DNA of 61,564 bases, the filler included. It is 3 parts of 3 records of this genome, joined end to end, with 100 filler letters (N's around TTAATTAATTAA, not from the genome) between each part and the next. Parts side by side here need not be neighbours in the genome. Positions count along the whole stretch, not along the records: positions 1 to 18,328 come from SRR31156797_8179; positions 18,429 to 42,390 come from SRR31156797_8201; 1 more part is not named here. One strand, given 5' to 3'. Numbering within the stretch: the stretch's first letter is position 1; the number at the start of each line of letters is the position of its first letter. The position numbers and the translations under genes are program-made. Under the pieces are notes generated by a model. It saw only the letters and a list, made by a program, of their open reading frames with translations. It did not search any database and had not been told where the DNA came from. This document shows positions 9,477 through 19,234 of this stretch, piece by piece.

Positions 9477-10202
9477 TCAGGAGAGATACGGCCCCCACTG
9501 TTCGGCGGTTTGTCGGATATACCCTTCCGGTACATTGGCCATGATCCGATTGTGTCCCGGCAGAAGGATGCTCACTTCCAGGTCCGCCAGTGCCAGGAGG
9601 GAATCCCTGAGCTGCGGGCCGCTGGCCCCGTGAAGGTCGAACCGACCGATGGCTTGATCCGCATAAACCGTATCCCCGGGGATCAGGATTTTGTCCCGGG
9701 GATGATAAAGGGCGATGCTGCCGGAAGAATGCCCCGGAATATGCAGAACCTCCCATGTTCTCCCACCGATTTCAAGCGTCTCTCCACCCGCCAGTTTTCG
9801 GTCCACGGGAAAACAGAAATCACCCGGCTTGATCCCGTATTGGGCCTGGCACATGCTCTCGAACATGTCCATGCCGTAAACCGTTTTTTCATCCCCATTT
9901 TCCAGGGGAACCGCTTCCTTTTCGTGAATCCACAACTCCGCATGGGGTATGGCTTCCCGGATTTCACCCAGGCACCCGATGTGATCCAGGTGGGTGTGGG
10001 TCATGATCACCCGTTTAATGCTTGAAAGAGAAACGCCATCATCCCGGATGGATTTGATTTTATAGCCCCCCTTGCCCATCAGTCCCGCATCCACCAGACT
10101 CAAATCATCGGAATCGGGGTCCCCGAGCAGGTATACATGCGAATCCGGGATCATCTCATCCTGCCCCGGAATAAAAAAGACACCCTCTGCAATCTGTTTC
10201 AT
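9477..10202 (-). CDS. MBL-fold metallo-hydrolase
   Basis: THTHLDHIG (HxHxDH), PGHSSG, GDT, PGH. Confidence 0.9.
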   Translation of the reverse strand: MKQIAEGVFFIPGQDEMIPDSHVYLLGDPDSDDLSLVDAGLMGKGGYKIKSIRDDGVSLSSIKRVIMTHTHLDHIGCLGEIREAIPHAELWIHEKEAVPLENGDEKTVYGMDMFESMCQAQYGIKPGDFCFPVDRKLAGGETLEIGGRTWEVLHIPGHSSGSIALYHPRDKILIPGDTVYADQAIGRFDLHGASGPQLRDSLLALADLEVSILLPGHNRIMANVPEGYIRQTAEQWGPYLS

Positions 10203-10466
10203 AAGGTTCTCCTCATCAAGAATTTTGTCCTACCATACCTGAAGAGAACCAGATTTTCAAGAACTCCCAAGTCCGGATTCGGAGGACTTTCCTCTAACCT
10301 GTTTAACCCCCTTTTTGCAGCCTCTGTTGCGATACCTTATCAAATTCAAGGCTATCATTGTCGCCACAACCGGAATATGTCAGTGAATATGAGACCGGTT
10401 CAATCCAATCAACAAAATCAACAGTCAATTGCAACCGGGATCGGAGTATTTGCCGCCATATTCCAA

Positions 10467-12725
10467 TTACCCACATCCCAGCATGTCATCCACGGTTTTC
10501 GCCTTGACGTACTGGGCGGGATGCTCGTCCACGGCCAGTTCCGCAAAGTGTTTTTTGGCGCATTTTATTTTGGCGCCCTCAACATGACGAAGATCGTCCC
10601 ACCACATGCTCCCCTTGGTTTCCACAACGAAATATAGCTTTTCCTGACCGTCAACCGAGACCAGTACCGCCCAGTCCGGGTTGTATTTACCCAGGGGAGT
10701 TGGAACCGTAAACCATGGGGGCAATTTGGCGTACACCTTGACTGCTTCATTCTTCTCCAGGTCTTCGGCAAACCGTCGCTCCACACCGGCGGAATCATAC
10801 ACCACGTGCTGATATACGGATTTCTGTGTTTTCAGCGTGTTTTTAAGGTATCCGGTCAACTCTTCTTTTTCAAACAGCTCCTGGGCATAAAAGATATCGT
10901 TGCCAATGCGCTGGTAGCGGATACCATCCACCAGAACAAGCCGTTTGGTTTTGTTGATGGCCTGGGCCGCCAGATCGATGAACTCCTGGGGGTTGCGGGT
11001 AAAATCGTTCAGCCGCCTGCTCTGGATAAGGATTTCCACCAGGCTTTTTCGTGTCAGGTGGGTTTTGTCCTGAAGGTCGGTCAACAGGTCCGGCAGCTCG
11101 ATATCCGTCTCCTGGAGCGCCGTAAAGCCGGATGTGGCGGTTTCACTGGCCATTACCCCGCCCTTGCCGATGGCGATATCGGCTTTTCGGAACTGCGCCC
11201 TTGTTTTGGCGATGGGAGGGCCTTCCTGAATGGCTATGGCACTTTCCTCGATCAATTTTTCGTTGTCAAAATCCACCCGATACGTGGTCTTGTGCTTGAT
11301 CCGGTCCCACAATGCCTTAAATTCTTCGCTTTCCAAAACCGCCTGTCGGGTTCTTATGGGGATGCGTTCATCGGCATTTTTGATGCCCTTAGTTTCATTG
11401 GAAAATTCCCAAGGGAGTTTCAATTTGTCTTCCTTGAGAGCTGTTCGAAGGATGTCCTGAACTTTTCCGTTCTTGTCCACAAATCCGTTTTCGTTCAGGA
11501 ATTTCCAGATTTGTTCCGATTTTTCCACCCCAAGCAGTTGGGCCTCACCGTTATCATCGGTGGTAACCAGGGAGGCGAACTGATGTTTTTCAACAATGCC
11601 GAACCGAATCCCCGTATCTTTTTCAATTTCCTTTTGAAGGTTGTCCGCGAACTGCTGGTAGCTTTCGGTGGCAATCACGGTGAGGGTGTTTATATCAAAC
11701 CCACGGAGGCGTTGCCCTTCCTGATTGACACAGAGCCTTAAGCCCCGGCCGATGGTCTGTCGGCGTTCCCGTTCGGTTCCCATGTTCCGAAGCGCGCATA
11801 TTTGAAACACATTCGGGTTGTCCCAGCCTTCCCGCAAGGCGGAGTGGGAGAAGATGAACTTCAACTTGGAATCAAAACTCAGGAGGGTTTCCTTCTCCTT
11901 CATGATCAAATTGTAGGCACGTTCCGCATTGTCGCGGTTGGCCTGGTTGTTTTCGGCGGTTTCCGTCCATCCGCCTTTTTTGTCGATGGAAAAGTACCCG
12001 TTATGGATTTGTCCCACGTCCGTATCCAGATCGATCTGTTGAAAAAGGGTCTGGTAGTCCGACCGCTTTGCCAGCTTTTTGTATTCCTCCTCAAACATCA
12101 GGGCATATTTGCCTTTGACCTCGTTTCCCGCTTCATCATACCGGCGGTAATATTTTACGCTGTCGATGAAAAACAGGCTCAGCACCTTGACTTGGCGCTT
12201 TTGGGCCATGAAGCGCATTTCCTTGTCCAGATGTTCCTTGATGGTGCGGCGGATCATGAGGCGCTTGATATCGTCCGGGTTGACACCGCCCACCTCTTCT
12301 CCGGGGTGGAGGGTATACTCACCTCCCGGCACGCTGATTTCCATGGATTCGTTCTTTTTCCCGCAGGTGATGGTGCCGATGCGGCAGTTTTCGTAAATTC
12401 CCCGGCCCGTCTCCTGCTCCAAGTCATCCCCGTCTTCCACGGTCATCACTTCACGCCGAACCTTACCGCCTCTCGCCACATCGATTTCAACTTTTGCCGT
12501 GATGGACCCCCGCTTATTGTGGGTGGATAGAAGCTTTACATATGCCTTATTGTGGGCGCCTTCCACTTCAAGGGAAGCCACTTCAATCTGTTTCACCAGC
12601 TCCCGTTCATAAGCGTCCACGGCATCCAGGCGGTAAAGCATGTGGTGTTTGTCCACATGGGTGGCCGAATACCGCAGGGTGCAGAGGGGGTTCATTTTTT
12701 CCAGGGCCTTTTTTCCCTGTCCTTT
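10467..12725 (-). pseudogene. res: Type III restriction endonuclease Res, N-terminally truncated
   Basis: LRYSATH, LVKQIEV, KVLSLFFID, SALREGWDNPNVFQIC, QTIGRGLRL, YNPDWA..VETKG (PD-ExK). Walker A and DExx motifs are absent and there is no RBS or canonical start. Confidence 0.8.
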
Positions 12726-13281
12726 GAAGAAAGCTTTTTGCAAGCTTCAACCTCGGATACATCATATTCAGCCAGTTCGTATGATACCGTCCCGAACTTT
12801 CCGTATTGCTCGAAAACTTGAACCCCTCATCGCTTTTCTGCCCCGTATATCTTAGATACGTGTCCAGATTATCTTGGAATTTGTCCGGATAAATAAACTC
12901 TTTTCCCGTGTTGTACGGCGGATCGATATAGATCATCTTGACCTTGTTGGCGTAGCTTTTCTGCAGGAGCTTCAACACTTCCAGGTTGTCCCCTTCGATG
13001 AACAGGTTTTGGGTGGTGTCCCAGTCCACACTTTCTTCCGGGCAGGGGCGGAGCGTTCCCAGAGAAGGGTTCAGGGCAATCTGGCGGGCCTTCTTTTTGC
13101 CGTACCAGGTGAGACCATATTTTTCATCCCCTTCCGCCAACTTGTCCCCCAGCAGTTGTCTGAGGACTTCAAAATCGATCCCGTCTTCGGTAAAAGCTTC
13201 CGGGAAAATGGTTTTGAGGGCTTGCAGGTTTTCATCGATCAGGTCGAGGCTTTTTCCATCCTGTTCCGTGAGTTCTTTCAT
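12726..13281 (-). pseudogene. mod: Type III R-M methyltransferase Mod, C-terminally truncated
   Basis: EKYGLTWYGK, NLFIEGDNLEVLKLL, IYIDPPYNTG, WLNMMYPRLKLA; reading then runs out of frame into res, with no FxGxG motif. GGAG RBS before ATG 13281. Confidence 0.8.
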
Positions 13282-13431
13282 TTCAGTCTCCGGTTTAGCG
13301 CTATTGCATTTCCTATTGCATGGTTTTATTGCGCCATTTAGCATTGCCGATGTAATAGGAACGCAATTATTTTCTTTTTTATCAGTTGGTTATCATTATT
13401 TAATTGCGCCATGATTGCGCCAAGTGTTTTT

Positions 13432-15066
13432 TTACGGCGTAATAATTTCCGTTTCTGCGGGATACCAAAGGGCGCCCTTTGTCACGCCGGTTTTGTAGAT
13501 TTTCCCTTCTTTTTTGAGTTCCGCAACCAGCTTCTGAATCTGATTTTTCGACAGGAAGGGAAGCACCTGGACAAATTCTTTCAAACCACTCCCTTTGTCG
13601 CTGTTCTCGACGATATGTTTCATCAACAGGGTCTTGTTGGCCTCACGATCCAACCCTTTCCGTCGGGTGTAAACCCCTTCCTCACCCACCATTTTGTAAT
13701 AACGGCGGCTGAGGATATACTTGACCCCTCGGCCCCGGCCATGCCGCTCAATGACCCCCTTGTCCACCAGGGGTTGCAGCCTGTGCTTCAAGTGATCCGG
13801 CACCTTCCGTTCCCGGTTGATATGGTCCAGCAGCAGGAAATCAGCGGTGCTGAAAAGCGCTACGGTCTCCTGACCTACCTTTTCAAGAAATTGGAGAAAA
13901 CGGGGGTCCTGTACTTCACCGTTTAGATGAAGAAACACCTGGTAAGGGTCCGTACCGATGAAATCGGGGGTTGGTTTGCTCTCCTGAATGCTTAATTCAA
14001 ACATCAGATTCATGCCCTGGCCGGAGCGCTCCACCAGGCCGCACTTGGCAAAAATATCGGCAATGCGGCGGTTGCGGGTCAACTGTCGATCCAGGATATT
14101 TTCCGGAGTAATGCCCAAGGGGAACCCACCGGGACTTTCAATGGTCAGCCTGCGGGGATACTGCCGAATGAAGATATTGCCGCCAAGCAGATAATCCCGA
14201 TGGCTGATGGCATTCAAAATGGCTTCTCGAACGACCCGCTCCGAAAAGGTGGGAATATCCAGGACAAACAGGCCGGATTGAAAATGCTGGGTATCATTTC
14301 TGAGATTGATCAACTCCCACAGCGCATCATAAAAACCGAAAAACCCCTGCCGGAATTCGACTCTTTTCTGGGGTGGACCCGATACGTCCGATGAACGGTA
14401 TTCAAATATCACCTCGGCTTGCGCCAGATGTCGCCCAAGGGCCTTTCGGGTGCCGAACAGTACAAGGGCCGCATGGGTGACGTTGCCATCCATCAGGGCT
14501 TCGGCATCGCTCAGAAGCTGTTCCGGGGCAAGGGTTTTGAGGCCCTGGTTGCCGGATTTCCGAATCCACCGGGCGCGAAAATCCTCAATGGCCAACGGGT
14601 CCAGATCATCCAGCGTTGCGGGGGGACAGATATCAGCCGAAAAATCATGCCCCGTTTCCGCAAAAACAGTACGAAGCCGGTCATCCGCCATGGGGACAAG
14701 ACTGTCGCCGGACCGCTCCCAGTAAACGCCCTTGTACTTTACCGGATTGCCGATGGGTCGCGTGGGGACATGGAAAATCAGCACCCGGCCATTGGGGTGA
14801 TGGATGATGCTGAAGTCGATTCGAAGGTGCAACTGCTCCATGAGACCGGCGCGGGTCCGTTCCGGTTGTTGGAAAGCCTTGGAACCGACAACGCGCCTGG
14901 GGCGTTTGTCCGTAACCCCGAAAACCATTTTCCCGCCGCCTTCGTTGGCCAGGGCTGTGCAGTATTTTCCGAGGTCTTCAAAGTGGAATCTGTTTTTGGC
15001 TTCCTTGAATTCCAGATGTTCCCCCTCTTTGGAAGCCAGAATTTTTTCTAATTCCTCAAGTGTCAT
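13432..15066 (-). CDS. Schlafen/AlbA_2 + HATPase-like + HTH ATP-binding protein
   Basis: EGEHLEFKE, ALANEGGG..FGV, REAILNAISHRDY, IESPGGFP, RNRRIA, VERSGQG. Confidence 0.85.
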   Translation of the reverse strand: MTLEELEKILASKEGEHLEFKEAKNRFHFEDLGKYCTALANEGGGKMVFGVTDKRPRRVVGSKAFQQPERTRAGLMEQLHLRIDFSIIHHPNGRVLIFHVPTRPIGNPVKYKGVYWERSGDSLVPMADDRLRTVFAETGHDFSADICPPATLDDLDPLAIEDFRARWIRKSGNQGLKTLAPEQLLSDAEALMDGNVTHAALVLFGTRKALGRHLAQAEVIFEYRSSDVSGPPQKRVEFRQGFFGFYDALWELINLRNDTQHFQSGLFVLDIPTFSERVVREAILNAISHRDYLLGGNIFIRQYPRRLTIESPGGFPLGITPENILDRQLTRNRRIADIFAKCGLVERSGQGMNLMFELSIQESKPTPDFIGTDPYQVFLHLNGEVQDPRFLQFLEKVGQETVALFSTADFLLLDHINRERKVPDHLKHRLQPLVDKGVIERHGRGRGVKYILSRRYYKMVGEEGVYTRRKGLDREANKTLLMKHIVENSDKGSGLKEFVQVLPFLSKNQIQKLVAELKKEGKIYKTGVTKGALWYPAETEIITP

Positions 15067-15093
15067 TTCACAACCCTTATGTTTGGTTTTCCA

Positions 15094-15876
15094 TCACAAC
15101 CGGCTCTTAAGGGCCTCGATGCGGTCCCGAATGTGTTTTCTCTCCGTGTTCAGTTGAACCTGATCGCCCAGGTTTTTTTCACCACAAAGCTTGTTTTGAA
15201 TTTCAGATTTTTCCTGTTCCAGCTTATCGATTTCCTGGAGAAGATCAAAGCGGTTTTTTATTGAAACGCCTTTCCCGTCTCCAAGGCTGAAAACGCCGGT
15301 ATGATCCGAACAGGCCAACGCAATCACCCTCTCCATGGCGGCCTGGTAAAAGGCAAGAAAATGGGTGTGGGGCCAGGTGGAAACATCCAGGCTTTTCAAG
15401 AAACCCTTCTGGTTTTCCATTGTATCTTCCAAATCAAGCCATGGGGTAGCCACAAAATCTTCGGCAACAATCGCCTCCCGGTCCGCATGGGAGAATCGTT
15501 TGTTTGCAAGGCTGATAAGGGATTTCTGTTTTTTGATGTTAGATTCTTGATCTGAAAAACAAAAGATCAGAATCATGGGGTACGGAATGGCCCGATGGAT
15601 CATTTCAGAAAGGGGGTCCACCCGCTTTTCTTTTTTCAGGTTCACCTCTAAAAGCGCCACCTCATGGTATTCCCGAATGTCATCCTCATACGGTTGTATG
15701 GGGATGGTTGTGGGCTTGAAGGTGTACTGCCAGAGGATGCTTTCCACATCATTTTGAAGCGCATTCTTATGGCTTGTGGTCAATTTGGCGTTTTCAAGGA
15801 AAAGTTTTTTGTAAACCTTCTTTCCGAGTTTGCAGGCGCCGGGGATCCTCATTTTTTCATAGAGCATTTCAATCAT
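15094..15876 (-). CDS. DUF4391-family protein
   Basis: KVYKKLF, IHRAIPYP, C-terminal coiled coil with QVQLN; typical position next to SNF2 and type III R-M genes. Confidence 0.7.
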   Translation of the reverse strand: MIEMLYEKMRIPGACKLGKKVYKKLFLENAKLTTSHKNALQNDVESILWQYTFKPTTIPIQPYEDDIREYHEVALLEVNLKKEKRVDPLSEMIHRAIPYPMILIFCFSDQESNIKKQKSLISLANKRFSHADREAIVAEDFVATPWLDLEDTMENQKGFLKSLDVSTWPHTHFLAFYQAAMERVIALACSDHTGVFSLGDGKGVSIKNRFDLLQEIDKLEQEKSEIQNKLCGEKNLGDQVQLNTERKHIRDRIEALKSRL

Positions 15877-16151
15877 GGATGGAACCCTTCCGATTGAATT
15901 ACCAGATAGGAGATCACTTCAAAGTCATTCATGCCCCTGAAAGTGCCTTGGGTCAATGCTGTCCCCCCACGATGAAACAGGCTTTCAACCCCCTTTTCTT
16001 CGGCCTTGCCGGTAATGGCCGCCACTGCTCGGGACAGTAGATTCTGGTACAGGCTCATGTCGGCACCGTTTCGGGTGGCGACGTTAAAACGCTCAAATGC
16101 TTTCGGGTCGGAATTTTCGCGACCCAGGGAAAACTTTTTCCATAAGTCCAT
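15873..16151 (-). pseudogene. C-terminal fragment of the SNF2 helicase, split off by a stop and frameshift
   Basis: Starts 12 nt after the helicase TAG; ends DFEVISYLVI, the kind of terminus seen in this helicase family; couples to the DUF4391 start. Confidence 0.65.
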
Positions 16152-16162
16152 GGTTTTTTTGC

Positions 16163-18328
16163 CTAGGAAATATTCAAGGGGATTTCTCCGTTTTCAGACA
16201 CATGGACCAGATAATGGGGTGAAAGGGCATAGCTGTCTTCGGTCCGGACATTCGGATTGACGCTCTTGAGGCAAAAAAGCACGCCTGGGTGCATTTCATT
16301 TTCCAGCAGAGTGTCTCCATCGGTTACCGAAAAGGCGCCAGGCGCCATTTGATCCAGCCTTTCCTGGAATTCCTTCATGTAATTGGATAAATCCATACGA
16401 AAATCATTGAGCGTCAGATCGGTTATGGAGATGCCGCTACCCAGGTCTTCAATGTCCACCACTTCATTTTGGAGCCGCTCCAGTTGCCTGCGGCGGTATT
16501 CCAGATCGTTCATTTTCCCGGCATCGGAAAATTCAATGATGTTTTCCTCGCCCGTGGCGGAAATATCCAACAGAACCATCCGCCCGGAAACCCTGGCTTC
16601 CAGATTGATGTATTCGTCAAGTTCCATGCTGGGCCAGAAATTGACCAGTTGAATGGTGGTGTTGATCGATCCCAGCCGGTCAATGCGGCCGAAGCGCTGG
16701 ATGATCCTGACGGGGTTCCAGTGGATATCGTAATTAACCAGGTAATCGCAGTCCTGAAGATTCTGGCCTTCGGAAATACAGTCCGTCGCAATGAGGATAT
16801 CGATTTCTTCCACAAGGGAGGGATCAACCTTTTTCCGTTCCTTGGATATGGGTGAAAAGGACGTGATGATGGATGCCATATCCTTTCGGATACCCTTTAG
16901 GGTGGTCTTGTTGGCGCCCGTGCCACCGGTGACCATGGCCGCGTGCAATCCAAGATTTTGCCGCGCCCATTCGGCCAAATGGGTGTATAGGTATTCAGCG
17001 GTTTGCGCGAAGGCTGTAAACACGATCACCTTCCGGTTGCCGGGATTTTGGGGAGATGTTGCTTTATCCGAAATGATTTCCTTGAGCCTGCGGAGTTTTT
17101 TATCCCTTGCAGGCGTTACGTCACGGGCCTGGTGCAGCATTTTAACCAGCCGATCCTCATCCTCTTTCAATTCCTGTTTCAACCGGATACGGTCCACATC
17201 CTGGATCAGCACCTTGATTTTATTACCGATGAGGAAAGGCTCCAATTCTTCAGAATCGATTTCAACCTCTTCAATGTTCAATTCCTCAAGGTCCATGTCC
17301 TCATGGGAATCAATTCGGGTGATGATGTGTTGCACACCCTGAAGCAATTTTTCCAGGGTCCGGGCAAAACTGCTGATGGAACTCTCCATTCGCTTGAGGA
17401 GGTTGACCCGCATCAGGTGGATCAGGCTTTCTTCACGGTCAATCTGCTTGAAAACAGAACCTCCCGCCACCTGCATATCGTATTTTCTGCTGTACTCCGT
17501 CAGTTTTTCCGCAAGCACATACTTCAAGGGCGCATACGCACTGAGGTTCAACCGCCGAATGTCCCGGTTGATTTCCTTAAGCGGTGGAAAAAGGTTTTCC
17601 GTATCGATGTCCGCCTTGGTGTTGATGGGCCTGGCCCGTTCCGGGAAATCTCCGATTTCAGCCATGTCGTAATATTTCTGGATGTGTTTCCGTGAACGGG
17701 CAATGGTGAGGAGGTCCAGGAGCTTGAAATAATCAAAATTAAGGCTTTCAAGCAAAGATTCCGTGGTCCGCCTGGCCTCGGAAAGTTTCAGCCACCGATT
17801 GAAACGGGTCTGGGCCTTCTTGAGGGTTTGTTCGATGCTGATGAGCCCCGAACCCGCCAGGGCATCATCAATGCCTTCGGTAATGAAGGCAACCTGGTTT
17901 TTTAAATCGTTCATTCGGCTGTTCACCGGGGTGGCCGACAGCATGAGAACCTTTGTCTTAACGCCTGTTTTGATAATATCCCGCATCAATCGGGAGTAGC
18001 GGGTCATTCCGTCTTTTCGGGGCGGGTTGTTTCTAAAATTGAGGGATTCGTCTATAACCACCAGATCGTAGTTGCCCCAGTTGAGGGTTTCCAGGTTCAA
18101 CTCACCGGAGTACCCTTTCAGCCGTGTGAGGTCGGTATGGTTGAGGACATCGTAGTTAAACCGGTCATCCGCGAAAAGGTTTCGCTTATCGTTGACCGTA
18201 AAAATGGTCCAGTTTTCCCGAATTTTCTTAGGGCAAAGCACCAGAGCACGATCATTTCGCAATTCGTAGTATTTAATAATGGCCAGGGCCTCAAATGTTT
18301 TTCCGAGCCCCACGCTGTCGGCCAGGAC
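16163..18328 (-). CDS. SNF2-related helicase (5' end cut by gap; probably disrupted)
   Basis: LADSVGLGKT Walker A, VVIDESLNFRN, MLSATPVN, TDCISEGQNLQD, WNPVRIIQRFGRIDRLG. Confidence 0.85.
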   Translation of the reverse strand, partial: VLADSVGLGKTFEALAIIKYYELRNDRALVLCPKKIRENWTIFTVNDKRNLFADDRFNYDVLNHTDLTRLKGYSGELNLETLNWGNYDLVVIDESLNFRNNPPRKDGMTRYSRLMRDIIKTGVKTKVLMLSATPVNSRMNDLKNQVAFITEGIDDALAGSGLISIEQTLKKAQTRFNRWLKLSEARRTTESLLESLNFDYFKLLDLLTIARSRKHIQKYYDMAEIGDFPERARPINTKADIDTENLFPPLKEINRDIRRLNLSAYAPLKYVLAEKLTEYSRKYDMQVAGGSVFKQIDREESLIHLMRVNLLKRMESSISSFARTLEKLLQGVQHIITRIDSHEDMDLEELNIEEVEIDSEELEPFLIGNKIKVLIQDVDRIRLKQELKEDEDRLVKMLHQARDVTPARDKKLRRLKEIISDKATSPQNPGNRKVIVFTAFAQTAEYLYTHLAEWARQNLGLHAAMVTGGTGANKTTLKGIRKDMASIITSFSPISKERKKVDPSLVEEIDILIATDCISEGQNLQDCDYLVNYDIHWNPVRIIQRFGRIDRLGSINTTIQLVNFWPSMELDEYINLEARVSGRMVLLDISATGEENIIEFSDAGKMNDLEYRRRQLERLQNEVVDIEDLGSGISITDLTLNDFRMDLSNYMKEFQERLDQMAPGAFSVTDGDTLLENEMHPGVLFCLKSVNPNVRTEDSYALSPHYLVHVSENGEIPLNIS

Positions 18329-18428
18329 NNNNNNNNNNNNNNNNNNNNNNNNNNNNNNNNNNNNNNNNNNNNTTAATTAATTAANNNNNNNNNNNNNNNN
18401 NNNNNNNNNNNNNNNNNNNNNNNNNNNN
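18329..18428. other. Artificial contig linker N44-TTAATTAATTAA-N44
   Basis: 100 nt with an all-frame stop 12-mer at 18373-18384; abrupt change in composition and gene type across it. Confidence 0.97.
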
Positions 18429-18532
18429 CAACTTGATAAAGCAACAAAAACAATAAACTCTAGGCGGTTTTGATAAGGCGGTGGTTGTAGATCACTCACT
18501 AATTTCAACAAGATCGTCACATCAAACTAAAA

Positions 18533-18895
18533 ATGAAAGAAAAATTTTACCAACGAAAAGGATTCCTTCCTACCCTATTTACAACTGTATTAATTATCAC
18601 AGTTGCTGTAATAACTGATCACTACAAAACACTTTTTGTACACGAAACTGGGAACATTAAAATCTTTGGAGGTTTAGGAATATTATTGGCTTTCGGGCTT
18701 TTATTAAGATGGAAGTACGTAAGGCAAATTTTAGGTGTATTTTCGCTTATAGCAACCACTGGAATAACATTTCATATTTTTAATGTTGACAAAGAATTTA
18801 TCTTATCTACATTCATTTTATTAGGAGGATTAATATTGATCTCTTATTTTTTGATTGTCTCAAAATCAATTAAATCTTATATCGGAGGGAAATGA
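18533..18895 (+). CDS. Small integral membrane hypothetical protein (~4 TM)
   Basis: 120-aa ORF with four hydrophobic segments; AT-rich. Confidence 0.7.
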   Translation: MKEKFYQRKGFLPTLFTTVLIITVAVITDHYKTLFVHETGNIKIFGGLGILLAFGLLLRWKYVRQILGVFSLIATTGITFHIFNVDKEFILSTFILLGGLILISYFLIVSKSIKSYIGGK

Positions 18896-18935
18896 TATTT
18901 CAATTTAATTCATCATTGCTAGCAACAAATTACAC

Positions 18936-19208
18936 ATGAAAAATTGGCTTATATCAATATTATTAGGAGTAATTACCCTTTTATTTAATTCATATTTAGA
19001 ATATCAAATTGAACAGGCTTACAAATCAATTGGAGAATTAAGAATGATTGTAGATTTTGGCTACAGTGCGATAAATGAAACAATCCTAATTATATTGATG
19101 GTGTTATCTTTAATTTTCTCCTTACTATCCATTTTATGGAAAAAAGAAAAACTTGGATTTGTTGGTCTAAGTTTATTTGTACTAAATACGTTTTTGTACC
19201 TATTCTAA
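18936..19208 (+). CDS. Small membrane hypothetical protein (~3 TM)
   Basis: 90-aa hydrophobic ORF, co-directional with the previous one. Confidence 0.6.
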   Translation: MKNWLISILLGVITLLFNSYLEYQIEQAYKSIGELRMIVDFGYSAINETILIILMVLSLIFSLLSILWKKEKLGFVGLSLFVLNTFLYLF

Positions 19209-19234
19209 TTCTTTTTTAACACCCATAAGTTCTG

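Noticed and set aside
10806-12530. Plus-strand ORFs of 311 and 242 aa
   Set aside because: Antisense shadows of res.
12726-12745. Programmed frameshift producing a Mod-Res fusion
   Set aside because: Both halves lack essential motifs (FxGxG; Walker A/B), so a deletion or misassembly is the simpler explanation.
18373-18384. TTAATTAATTAA palindrome (also at 42435-42446)
   Set aside because: Synthetic all-frame-stop spacer inside N runs.
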